DNA of 64,000 bases from a bacterium (GTDB taxonomy: Bacteria > Fidelibacterota > Fidelibacteria > Fidelibacterales > Fidelibacteraceae), in assembly GCA_963676395.1 (NCBI GenBank), contig OY781066.1, positions 576,001-640,000 of the forward strand, in the 5' to 3' direction. The notes under the pieces are model-generated. The model saw only the letters and a program-made list of their open reading frames with translations, searched no databases and was not told where the DNA came from. The position numbers and the translations under genes were made by a program. Position 1 is the first letter of the stretch. Every line of letters begins with the position of its first letter. Below, one piece after another: positions 9,635 through 18,683 of this stretch.

Positions 9635-10306
9635 ATGAAAACTTCAACAATAAAATTATTACTTCTAAGCATCTTCCTCCTTTCCTCATGCGCATCTCTC
9701 CAGAATTCTATCGAACCTCTCAATGATTATCCCCACTGGCATAAGCGTATGGAAAAATTTACGGCAGAAGCGGATAGCATTAAAAATGGGGCAGTTATTT
9801 TTTTAGGAAACTCTATCACTGAAGGTTTTAATCTGGATAAATACTTTCCCGATATAAATACTGTTAATCGTGGTATCATTTCAGATCATATCGATGGTGC
9901 GATAAAACGTTTACCCCTATGTTTGGGGGATGCAGACGATATTCGCTTATTCATTCTGCTTGGCATCAATGATATCGGTGCAAAACGCAGTGAAAAAACC
10001 ATTAAATATCTTTATCGAGAATTACTAAAAGAAATAAGCGATAACTATGATTATGATGTTTATCTGCATTCTATTCTTCCCACCTCCCCTCGCTGGAAAA
10101 ATTGCCCTCCACAAACCATTCGTAATATCAATGCCTACATTAAAAAACTCGCAAAAAAATATAATATGACCTACATTGATATCTATCCCCTCTTTCTTCA
10201 AGAAGGCGGTGATTACGCAAAAGATGAACTTTTTAGAGATGGGCTACATCCCAATGAAAAAGGTTATGAGATCTGGGTGCAAGTATTGAGAAAATATATC
10301 AAGTAA
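9635..10306 (+). CDS. SGNH/GDSL-family esterase lipoprotein
   Basis: Lipobox LSSC; FLGNSIT, NRGI, GIND, DGLHPN catalytic blocks. Confidence 0.9.
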   Translation: MKTSTIKLLLLSIFLLSSCASLQNSIEPLNDYPHWHKRMEKFTAEADSIKNGAVIFLGNSITEGFNLDKYFPDINTVNRGIISDHIDGAIKRLPLCLGDADDIRLFILLGINDIGAKRSEKTIKYLYRELLKEISDNYDYDVYLHSILPTSPRWKNCPPQTIRNINAYIKKLAKKYNMTYIDIYPLFLQEGGDYAKDELFRDGLHPNEKGYEIWVQVLRKYIK

Positions 10307-10365
10307 CGTTATTTATTGATCCAACACTAACAATTTAATTTGAATCAAATATTTTAAAGCAAAAC

Positions 10366-10393
10366 AAAAACGGGTGAACCGTAAGTTCACCCG
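10366..10393 (-). terminator. intrinsic terminator between convergent genes
   Basis: CGGGTGAAC-5nt-GTTCACCCG stem with a U-tract on the minus strand. Confidence 0.7.
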
Positions 10394-10426
10394 CATATAA
10401 TTTTATTCTAAATCTTCAACTCTATT

Positions 10427-11392
10427 TTATCGTTTCATCAATGTATTCGTATTTGATGTCTTATTCACTTTGATCTTCTTAACCTTTTCAACACGAGCTA
10501 GACCGGGTTTGGAATCAAATGATTTATTAAGTTGATTCTTTTTTGTCATTTGTATATTGCCGATTTCTGATTTAGCAAACTTCCCAACAGCCTGTGTAAA
10601 TATTGTGGGAAATTCATATATATGAGTAATATCTGAAGCACAACCATCAACATCGTAGTATTCATAAACATATAATAGTGAATCCGGATGTGGGTCTGCT
10701 GCTAATACTTTTACATCCCACATCACATCCCCTTCGGCTTTCCAAATATAGCCCTCCATGGGGTTGATGAGATCATCACCTAAATCATCTTCTCCCCAGG
10801 AGGGATCTGTTGATTTGCTTAAGTATACTCTGTCAATTCTATAGGTAGGGTGTAGATTGTTTAGCTGAATTTCACAAGCATTGGGCACTAATTCAAAGCG
10901 ATACTGTGTGCCGGGAAACCATGACATTGTTTCTTCTGTTAAAAACATATAGCGGCCACCGTATTCGGTTTCGACCGAGCCATCAACCATAAAACTGGCT
11001 AAGAGACTATCATTACCTCCAAAATAAAGAGCATCGTTATTTTCGATCATACACATTGCAGAATCAACAGAACCATTTTTAATGGTAATATTTGACAAGG
11101 TTGAGTTAATAGTATGAACAACAGTTTCACCATCGGTTACAGTTGCGGTTTGAGAATAGTCACCGATCCAGTCTCCGGTAGCTTCTACCGGAACAGTTCT
11201 AGCTGAACCTTTAACAGTAGCAACCGAATATGTGGCGGTTGTATCACCACTATTCAAAACAACATCAGCTTCATCATTAACGCTGACCATGATCTGTGAT
11301 GGTGTTAAATTGGCTACTTTTACATAACCTTCTCCACTACAGCTAAACAATAAAAACAGTACCAAGATCAGAGGGAATATTGTTCTTTTCAT
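10427..11392 (-). CDS. hypothetical beta-rich lipoprotein
   Basis: Lipobox LFSC; repeated Ig-like segments; start overlaps the queF stop (ATGA). Confidence 0.6.
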   Translation of the reverse strand: MKRTIFPLILVLFLLFSCSGEGYVKVANLTPSQIMVSVNDEADVVLNSGDTTATYSVATVKGSARTVPVEATGDWIGDYSQTATVTDGETVVHTINSTLSNITIKNGSVDSAMCMIENNDALYFGGNDSLLASFMVDGSVETEYGGRYMFLTEETMSWFPGTQYRFELVPNACEIQLNNLHPTYRIDRVYLSKSTDPSWGEDDLGDDLINPMEGYIWKAEGDVMWDVKVLAADPHPDSLLYVYEYYDVDGCASDITHIYEFPTIFTQAVGKFAKSEIGNIQMTKKNQLNKSFDSKPGLARVEKVKKIKVNKTSNTNTLMKR

Positions 11393-11784
11393 TTTTCTTC
11401 CTTTATTTTTCCAATTTCACAAACAGTTTCAATCCCACCACGAACATTATAGAGAGTTCTAATATATAATTCTTTAGGGTCTAACAATGCTTTCAGGTCT
11501 CTATACAATCTACTTGTCATATCTTCCTGATATATCCCAACATTACGATATGACAAATAATAATATTTTAATGATTTCAATTCAACGATCTTGCCATTGG
11601 GCACATACGATACATCAACCACGGCAATATCAGGTAATCCACTAAATGGGCATACGGCAGAAAATTCAGGGTAATTCATGTGAACAACTTGATCTTCACC
11701 TTCGTATGGTAGAGTTTCTAAAAGATCAGCTCTAATATGTGAATGATCTTCGAATGCTAGTGTTAATCCTTCCGCTTTGGGCAT
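11389..11784 (-). CDS. queF: NADPH-dependent preQ0 reductase (unimodular QueF)
   Basis: PEFSAVCPFSGLPD with catalytic Cys/Asp; VELKSLKYY QueF motif; VRGGI. Confidence 0.93.
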   Translation of the reverse strand: MPKAEGLTLAFEDHSHIRADLLETLPYEGEDQVVHMNYPEFSAVCPFSGLPDIAVVDVSYVPNGKIVELKSLKYYYLSYRNVGIYQEDMTSRLYRDLKALLDPKELYIRTLYNVRGGIETVCEIGKIKEEK

Positions 11785-11842
11785 ATTTTTCCTTCTTTTT
11801 ACAAAAATATCAATTGAGGTGCATAATTCAAATGAAATATTT

Positions 11843-12793
11843 CTATTTATCGAACTTCTTAATAATCAGCGTTTTTGCTTCTTCTACGATATACTCGAGT
11901 TTTGGTTCCGTATCAAAGTTTATCCATTCATCGGGTGCATACTTTCTAAACCAGGTCATTTGCCGCTTCGCGAAACGTCGTGTGTTTTGTTGTATCGCGG
12001 CTACCGCCGAAGTAAGATCCTTATCCCCATTCAAATATTCAAATATCTCTTTATAGCCTACCGTATTCAGAGCATTTAGTTCCTGAGTATATCCTTTTCC
12101 AAGAAGTCCTTTGACCTCTTCGACCAAACCCTTTTCCACCATAGACTCTACTCGCTTATTAATCCGCTCATACAGCAATGATCTTTCCGGAGCAATACCA
12201 ATAAGCATATGAGGCCAAGGGAAAGCTTCTTCTTTCTCTTGATAAATCTCAGATGGCTTCCTTCCACTGATATGCCATATCTCCAAAGCACGACAAACAC
12301 GCTTGGGATTCATGGAATCAATAACCGCCGCATGCTGAGGATCTATTTGTTTTAACTCCTCGACTAATGTCGGCCATCCTTCATATTTGGCTCGTTTTTG
12401 AATTTGTGCTCTAAGCAATTCATCAGTATAGAGACTATCAGATATCATACCACGCACAGCTTGTACATATAAACCCGAACCACCACAAACGATAATACTC
12501 TTACCTTCATTCATTTTTCCGGCAATGATCTTTCTTGCCTCTAATCCAAACTCGCCGGCCGAAAAACTTTCATCGGGATATTTAGTGTTTATAAAATGAT
12601 GCTTTACGCGCGCGAGTTCCATTTCGGTAGGCGTAGCCGTACCGATATCCATATACCTAAAAACCTGACGGCTATCCGCCGAAATAATATCAGCATCAAG
12701 CCACTCAGCCATTTCGAGAGATAAAGAGGTTTTACCGCTCGCTGTCGGACCGACTATAAACAGACAAATATTTTGTTTCGGTTTATTTTTCAT
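11843..12793 (-). CDS. miaA: tRNA dimethylallyltransferase
   Basis: GPTASGKT, ISADSRQV, DIGTA, GGSGLY, TVGYKE, AKRQMTWF; start placed at MKNKPK. Confidence 0.96.
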   Translation of the reverse strand: MKNKPKQNICLFIVGPTASGKTSLSLEMAEWLDADIISADSRQVFRYMDIGTATPTEMELARVKHHFINTKYPDESFSAGEFGLEARKIIAGKMNEGKSIIVCGGSGLYVQAVRGMISDSLYTDELLRAQIQKRAKYEGWPTLVEELKQIDPQHAAVIDSMNPKRVCRALEIWHISGRKPSEIYQEKEEAFPWPHMLIGIAPERSLLYERINKRVESMVEKGLVEEVKGLLGKGYTQELNALNTVGYKEIFEYLNGDKDLTSAVAAIQQNTRRFAKRQMTWFRKYAPDEWINFDTEPKLEYIVEEAKTLIIKKFDK

Positions 12794-13628
12794 AAAATAA
12801 CAATGAGAAATCAAAACATGAAACGGAATGCGTTAATGCACCGACCGAGATCACATCAACACCGGTTTGTGCGATTGCTTCAACAGTCTTTATGTTAACA
12901 TTTCCGGAAGCTTCCAGTAAAACGTCTCCATGCGGATGGGCGACAGCTTCTCGCAACTCTTCATTGCTAAAATGGTCAAGCATGATCATTTTAATCGGAT
13001 ATGTCGCTGCTCGTTTATATTCATCCATATCGGTGACTTCTATTTCAATATCCAAATGACGATCATTGGCATAATCCATCGCAGAATCTAAGGCTTTTTC
13101 CAAACCACCTGCCCAACGAATATGATTCTCTTTGATCAGTATCATGTCATACAAAGCATAACGATGATTTTCGGCACCGCCGCAAGTAACTGCGTATTTA
13201 TCCAATATGCGCAAATTCGGCAAGGTCTTACGTGTATCATATATCTTACAATTGGTTCCTGTGGTCTTTTTTACAAACTCTGCCGATAAAGTTGCAATCC
13301 CGGACATCCGCCCGATAATATTCAAAGCCGTGCGTTCAGCAGTTAAGATACTTCTACCCTGCCCCCTGATATTCAGTAAACTTTGACCTTTTGTAATTAC
13401 GTCTCCGTCTTTGCAATATTTTTCTATTTTTAACGAATTGTCATATAATTCAAACACTCTGGCCGCAACATCAATGCCTGCCAAAATACCATCTTGCTTT
13501 GCGACGATCTCCGCCTCTGCAATTAAATCGACCTGCATAGCCAATGATGTTACATCACCACTACCTACATCTTCTTTTAAAGCGTTTATAATAATATTAT
13601 CTACGATTTCCCAATTGAGTGATTTCAT
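12783..13628 (-). CDS. nadC: quinolinate phosphoribosyltransferase
   Basis: EDVGSGDVTS, ERTALN, DTRKT, HRYALYDMILIKENH, EASGNV, ISVGALTHS. Confidence 0.96.
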   Translation of the reverse strand: MKSLNWEIVDNIIINALKEDVGSGDVTSLAMQVDLIAEAEIVAKQDGILAGIDVAARVFELYDNSLKIEKYCKDGDVITKGQSLLNIRGQGRSILTAERTALNIIGRMSGIATLSAEFVKKTTGTNCKIYDTRKTLPNLRILDKYAVTCGGAENHRYALYDMILIKENHIRWAGGLEKALDSAMDYANDRHLDIEIEVTDMDEYKRAATYPIKMIMLDHFSNEELREAVAHPHGDVLLEASGNVNIKTVEAIAQTGVDVISVGALTHSVSCFDFSLLFYEK

Positions 13629-13637
13629 AAGATAACC

Positions 13638-14831
13638 TTATTTTTTAATGATCAATTGATCGTGAAGCTCACCACTAGCGGTATAACTCTTATAGATCAG
13701 TCGCTTCTTTTTAAATTCCAGTGTTTGGAAATATTGCACGCCTTCTTTGCCTTTCTTGGCATAAAGATGATCAAACTTTGATTTGAATGGATACATTTTT
13801 GCTCCTGCAACAGAAATAACATAATTCACACCTTGAGAAGGTTTTTTAACGATCTTACCTTCTTTAAGCGGAAAGGTTCGTGTATAAGAATGATCATGTC
13901 CCTGAAGTACCATATTTACACCATATTTTTCAAATAGTGGAATAAATAATTCACGCATTCTGGGATAATCTCGCTCCCAGCCACAAGGATAAAAGCCCTG
14001 ATGTATTCCAACGATCGTCCATGTATTCTCATTATCCTTCAATATATCTTCCAGCCAACGTGCTTGATCTTCCCATCTTTCATTTCCATTTAATACTACA
14101 TAACGAACGCCGCGATAGTCAAGATAATAACATGTTTCTTCAAGTCCTTCAGGACCATTTTCAGGGTGATTGAAATGAGGGCAAATTGTTTCGGGAAGTT
14201 CACTGCGATGATCCCGGTAGGCCCATAAGTATTCGTGATTACCAACAGCCATAATATGAGGATATGTTGCAAATATCGTTTTACCACCTTTAAAATATGC
14301 ATCCCATTGCCAATTCTCATACGGATAGTCAACCATGTCGCCTGCAACATACCAAAATGCGGCATCCGGAGCAGTTTTGAGGGCTTTATCGTACAATCTG
14401 GGTAAATAGGTCTCATAACCCCATTGGGGGTCTCCAAGATAGACTATGGAGTAATTTAACGCCTCATCTTTTGCCGTTTTGAAAACATACCAAGGTGATT
14501 CGTCCCGGTGATCTCCCACACGATATGCATATTCCGTTCCAGGCTTAAGATCTTTCAATATCACTGAGCAAACATAATGTGCTACACTTTTAGTGGTGTC
14601 AGTATAAACGACGTCAGGTTCAAGTACAAGAGTTTTAGCACGAGTATGCATCTTTATATCATCTGCATTTTCAATATATTCTACATAAGCACTTTCAACC
14701 TTTTCATAAAAGCGAAAAGTTATCGCCATAGAGGTTTCGGGTTCTTCCGTAAGGTTAATGATGATCCGTTGCGGTTCTACAGCAATCAGCATGGTGATCA
14801 ATGTCAAGATCAGTAATATCATTTTTTTCAT
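13638..14831 (-). CDS. secreted purple acid phosphatase-like metallophosphoesterase with FN3 N-domain
   Basis: Signal peptide; LKPGTEYAYRVG FN3; GDPQ, AGDMVD, GNHE, GHDHSY metal-binding motifs. Confidence 0.9.
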   Translation of the reverse strand: MKKMILLILTLITMLIAVEPQRIIINLTEEPETSMAITFRFYEKVESAYVEYIENADDIKMHTRAKTLVLEPDVVYTDTTKSVAHYVCSVILKDLKPGTEYAYRVGDHRDESPWYVFKTAKDEALNYSIVYLGDPQWGYETYLPRLYDKALKTAPDAAFWYVAGDMVDYPYENWQWDAYFKGGKTIFATYPHIMAVGNHEYLWAYRDHRSELPETICPHFNHPENGPEGLEETCYYLDYRGVRYVVLNGNERWEDQARWLEDILKDNENTWTIVGIHQGFYPCGWERDYPRMRELFIPLFEKYGVNMVLQGHDHSYTRTFPLKEGKIVKKPSQGVNYVISVAGAKMYPFKSKFDHLYAKKGKEGVQYFQTLEFKKKRLIYKSYTASGELHDQLIIKK

Positions 14832-15029
14832 AGTGCTTCTTCCTTAAATTTTATTGCATCATTTAATTTACAACAAATGTATGAAATTAAAAATCAAGAA
14901 TCAAAAGTTGCAAAAAAAATAATCTAAATATAGCTATCTCTCAGGATTGCAGTCCTTAAATATCAAGAAAATCCGATTTTTAATTATTTGTTATACTCAA
15001 TAGCCTGGGTTTAAGCCGAAAAAAAACAA

Positions 15030-16041
15030 ATTAAGTTTAAGGATAAAAATCCGAGTAAATAAAAGAGAACCGGGCTCTCGAATTTAATTGAGATATCCCG
15101 GCTCTTTCTGAATTTATTAATGTGTATTACTTAATTAATAGCATTTTTTTGGTATCAACCCAATTCCCTGCTTGCAGGCGATAAAAATAGACACCACCGG
15201 CCAAGTCAGAAGCATCAAAATGAACACTATAATTACCCGCAGCACGAACACCATTAAGCAATGTTGCTACTTTCTTGCCGTTCAAACTATAGATCGACAG
15301 CTCAACATGTGCATCCGATGACAACTGAAAATCAATACATGTACTTGGGTTAAAGGGATTCGGATAATTTTGCAGCAATTTAAAGTTTTCGGGAATGACA
15401 TTCGCATCATGATCTTCAATGGCGGTCCATGTCGGATAGATGACCCTGACTCTATCAATATACATTGATCCTGATGTTGCTTTATCATCAATTCGTAATC
15501 TTAATCCTTTAAATTTCAAAGGATACAATTGCTCACCATCAGCCGGCAGCATTTTGCTAAAATCAAGATACTGTGTCCTGTATTCATTTTTGTATTTTAA
15601 TGATGAGGCACATTTTACACTGTACTCTACACCTCTGTTATCTTCCATGAGTGCATAGATCCAGTTTTTATTGCTATCGCTTTCAACATCAATCAAAATA
15701 TCCGAAGGAACACCATACAGATCAATCGCATTTGTTTCCAGATAAATATTCCCATCTTCGTCACCTGTACGAGTATAGTCAACTTGTATAGCCTTTGTAC
15801 CGGTGCCGGTTGATCTATCGCATAAAGATATGGATGTATTAGCCTCATCAATGTATGCATCCGTTCTCATATTCCATGCTGAAATACTTTCTATCTCATC
15901 TACCACGATCTCGCCTTCACCGATCTGTACACGCACCCGAACTGTATCGATTTCGTCGCCGTAGGCGATGACAACATCAGTTTCACCGCCTTGCTTGCCA
16001 ATAATTACACCTTCCGAATCTATTTCCGCAATTGTGGGATC
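15030..16041. repeat. ~1012-bp direct repeat, copy 1 (3' part of glycosidase gene plus downstream hairpin)
   Basis: Matches 17672-18683 at offset 2642; only 3 mismatches found by eye, near 15943-15955. Confidence 0.93.
15061..15107 (-). terminator. imperfect hairpin after glycosidase gene (duplicated at 17703-17749)
   Basis: AAAGAGAACCGGG...CCCGGCTCTTT arms about 20 nt downstream of the stop. Confidence 0.5.
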
Positions 16042-17595
16042 TAGTATGGTAAATTCAAATAATTCATTACTGAAAACTCGTGTACCTCCACCTTCGGTAG
16101 TGGCACTTACCTGATATTCAACACTGTTAACCGTATCCAATGTTAGTGTATCCGGGTATACACTTAAATTTTTCAACTCAATAATGTGTATTTTTACCGA
16201 ATCTGACTCGCCATCAAATAATGTTTTTATGTACGTATCGCCATCATTCTCAAAGGCTGTAAACACGTTAGCGTCGAAATTTCCTAAACTTTGATCATAA
16301 TCAACAGTAATTTGACTCCAATCTAAAATTTCGATAGGATTATAATATTCATCCCAACCACTAAACCCGGTTTCAACACTTTTATTTTTATATACGGCAA
16401 CACTATCTACACCTTTTTGTAAATGAACAAAGCTTCCACCACTTGGCGCAGATGAGACACAAACCAACGCATTGGCAACACTTCGCTCACCACCATCAGA
16501 AGGTGAATTTTTCACATTGTTCCTCACAACAATAGCAGAGGATCCACCACCATCAAGATTCATTGCGTGTTCAGCACCAATGAACTTAAAGAAATCACAC
16601 ATTTCATGGCATGTCATACCGATACTCAAATCTGCCTGACGACCATCTACCACCATAAAATATACTTTTGTAGAATCGGCTGAATATCCAACACCCGTCC
16701 TTGGATGTCTTACGGCATAAAATGATGAACTGATTCCTTCGTTATTACTGGCTGTAATATCTATACCATTCTTTAAAATCCATGGACCACCACCAACTAG
16801 CTCTTTAATTCTCTTTGCTGCATTTGCCAAGCTCTGTACCACCTTAACGGTATCACCCACAGCACAATTTTCCATTAAAAATGTTTTTGATGTTCCATGC
16901 CCCGAAAGAACAAATTTTCCATCCGGAATTGGCATATTTCCAACACCATTCTCAACTGCTTCGATTACAGCAAGAACCGTATCATTTACAACCCAATCAG
17001 TAATTGCCGAGGCTAAACATTCATAACCATGGGGATTGGTTTGTGTTGTTGATCCATAATAACCATTATAAATCACAAGATAATTTTCATAGCGAATGTC
17101 ATTTATAACATTAATACCATTTGAAACCATCGCACCTAGAGAATCTTCACAAATCAGTGTGCCGGAAACCTGAGGAATAACAATTCCGGGAATGCCATCT
17201 TCACTGTAGGTAAAAGCCGAACGATGATAGGTATATCCACGAACAAATTGACCATCAAGGACCTGATTGTTGATCGGTTGTCCCGAGCCATTGAAAAAAT
17301 CACCATTTATGGCACATACAGAACGATGTCCGACTTTATCCGATCGACTACTCATACTGGATGTTCGTTCTGTACCGGAGAATCTATCCTGCGCCAAAAC
17401 GGATTCGATTGTAATATATGGATTTGTAAGATCGATCTCTGTAACATGAATTGCCCATGTATGAGATACACCTTCGTAATAACTATAAACTGTACCTGGA
17501 CCACATTGATAGCTTAATACTTTATTATATTCATCCGCAAAAGCAAAAGAACCAACAAGTATTAACATTAACAGAACAACTAGCTTTTTTTTCAT
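15127..17595 (-). CDS. T9SS-secreted phosphodiester glycosidase (NAGPA family) with Ig-like and CBM-like domains, paralog A
   Basis: AINGDFF, HPRTGVG, VDGRQ, NLDGGGSS; C-terminal QNYPNPFNPST...GVYFYRL...KKMLLIK type A sorting domain. Confidence 0.88.
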   Translation of the reverse strand: MKKKLVVLLMLILVGSFAFADEYNKVLSYQCGPGTVYSYYEGVSHTWAIHVTEIDLTNPYITIESVLAQDRFSGTERTSSMSSRSDKVGHRSVCAINGDFFNGSGQPINNQVLDGQFVRGYTYHRSAFTYSEDGIPGIVIPQVSGTLICEDSLGAMVSNGINVINDIRYENYLVIYNGYYGSTTQTNPHGYECLASAITDWVVNDTVLAVIEAVENGVGNMPIPDGKFVLSGHGTSKTFLMENCAVGDTVKVVQSLANAAKRIKELVGGGPWILKNGIDITASNNEGISSSFYAVRHPRTGVGYSADSTKVYFMVVDGRQADLSIGMTCHEMCDFFKFIGAEHAMNLDGGGSSAIVVRNNVKNSPSDGGERSVANALVCVSSAPSGGSFVHLQKGVDSVAVYKNKSVETGFSGWDEYYNPIEILDWSQITVDYDQSLGNFDANVFTAFENDGDTYIKTLFDGESDSVKIHIIELKNLSVYPDTLTLDTVNSVEYQVSATTEGGGTRVFSNELFEFTILDPTIAEIDSEGVIIGKQGGETDVVIAYGDEIDTVRVRVQIGEGEIVVDEIESISAWNMRTDAYIDEANTSISLCDRSTGTGTKAIQVDYTRTGDEDGNIYLETNAIDLYGVPSDILIDVESDSNKNWIYALMEDNRGVEYSVKCASSLKYKNEYRTQYLDFSKMLPADGEQLYPLKFKGLRLRIDDKATSGSMYIDRVRVIYPTWTAIEDHDANVIPENFKLLQNYPNPFNPSTCIDFQLSSDAHVELSIYSLNGKKVATLLNGVRAAGNYSVHFDASDLAGGVYFYRLQAGNWVDTKKMLLIK

Positions 17596-17671
17596 CTTTA
17601 CCCTTTCAAAAATAATTATTTCAGTGCACCCAAATTTACAATTTTCAAAGAAGAATCAAATAACTTTTAAG

Positions 17672-18683
17672 ATTAAGTTTAAGGATAAAAATCCGAGTAA
17701 ATAAAAGAGAACCGGGCTCTCGAATTTAATTGAGATATCCCGGCTCTTTCTGAATTTATTAATGTGTATTACTTAATTAATAGCATTTTTTTGGTATCAA
17801 CCCAATTCCCTGCTTGCAGGCGATAAAAATAGACACCACCGGCCAAGTCAGAAGCATCAAAATGAACACTATAATTACCCGCAGCACGAACACCATTAAG
17901 CAATGTTGCTACTTTCTTGCCGTTCAAACTATAGATCGACAGCTCAACATGTGCATCCGATGACAACTGAAAATCAATACATGTACTTGGGTTAAAGGGA
18001 TTCGGATAATTTTGCAGCAATTTAAAGTTTTCGGGAATGACATTCGCATCATGATCTTCAATGGCGGTCCATGTCGGATAGATGACCCTGACTCTATCAA
18101 TATACATTGATCCTGATGTTGCTTTATCATCAATTCGTAATCTTAATCCTTTAAATTTCAAAGGATACAATTGCTCACCATCAGCCGGCAGCATTTTGCT
18201 AAAATCAAGATACTGTGTCCTGTATTCATTTTTGTATTTTAATGATGAGGCACATTTTACACTGTACTCTACACCTCTGTTATCTTCCATGAGTGCATAG
18301 ATCCAGTTTTTATTGCTATCGCTTTCAACATCAATCAAAATATCCGAAGGAACACCATACAGATCAATCGCATTTGTTTCCAGATAAATATTCCCATCTT
18401 CGTCACCTGTACGAGTATAGTCAACTTGTATAGCCTTTGTACCGGTGCCGGTTGATCTATCGCATAAAGATATGGATGTATTAGCCTCATCAATGTATGC
18501 ATCCGTTCTCATATTCCATGCTGAAATACTTTCTATCTCATCTACCACGATCTCGCCTTCACCGATCTGTACACGCACCCGAACAGTATCGGTTTCATCG
18601 CCGTAGGCGATGACAACATCAGTTTCACCGCCTTGCTTGCCAATAATTACACCTTCCGAATCTATTTCCGCAATTGTGGGATC
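17672..18683. repeat. ~1012-bp direct repeat, copy 2
   Basis: Near-identical to 15030-16041. Confidence 0.93.

Noticed and set aside
11785..11842. preQ1 riboswitch upstream of queF
   Set aside because: The short AT-rich spacer lacks the preQ1 stem-loop and pseudoknot consensus.
15030..18683. The 1-kb repeat pair as a diversity-generating retroelement TR/VR
   Set aside because: Too long, only three mismatches that are not adenine-specific, and no reverse transcriptase gene in the window.
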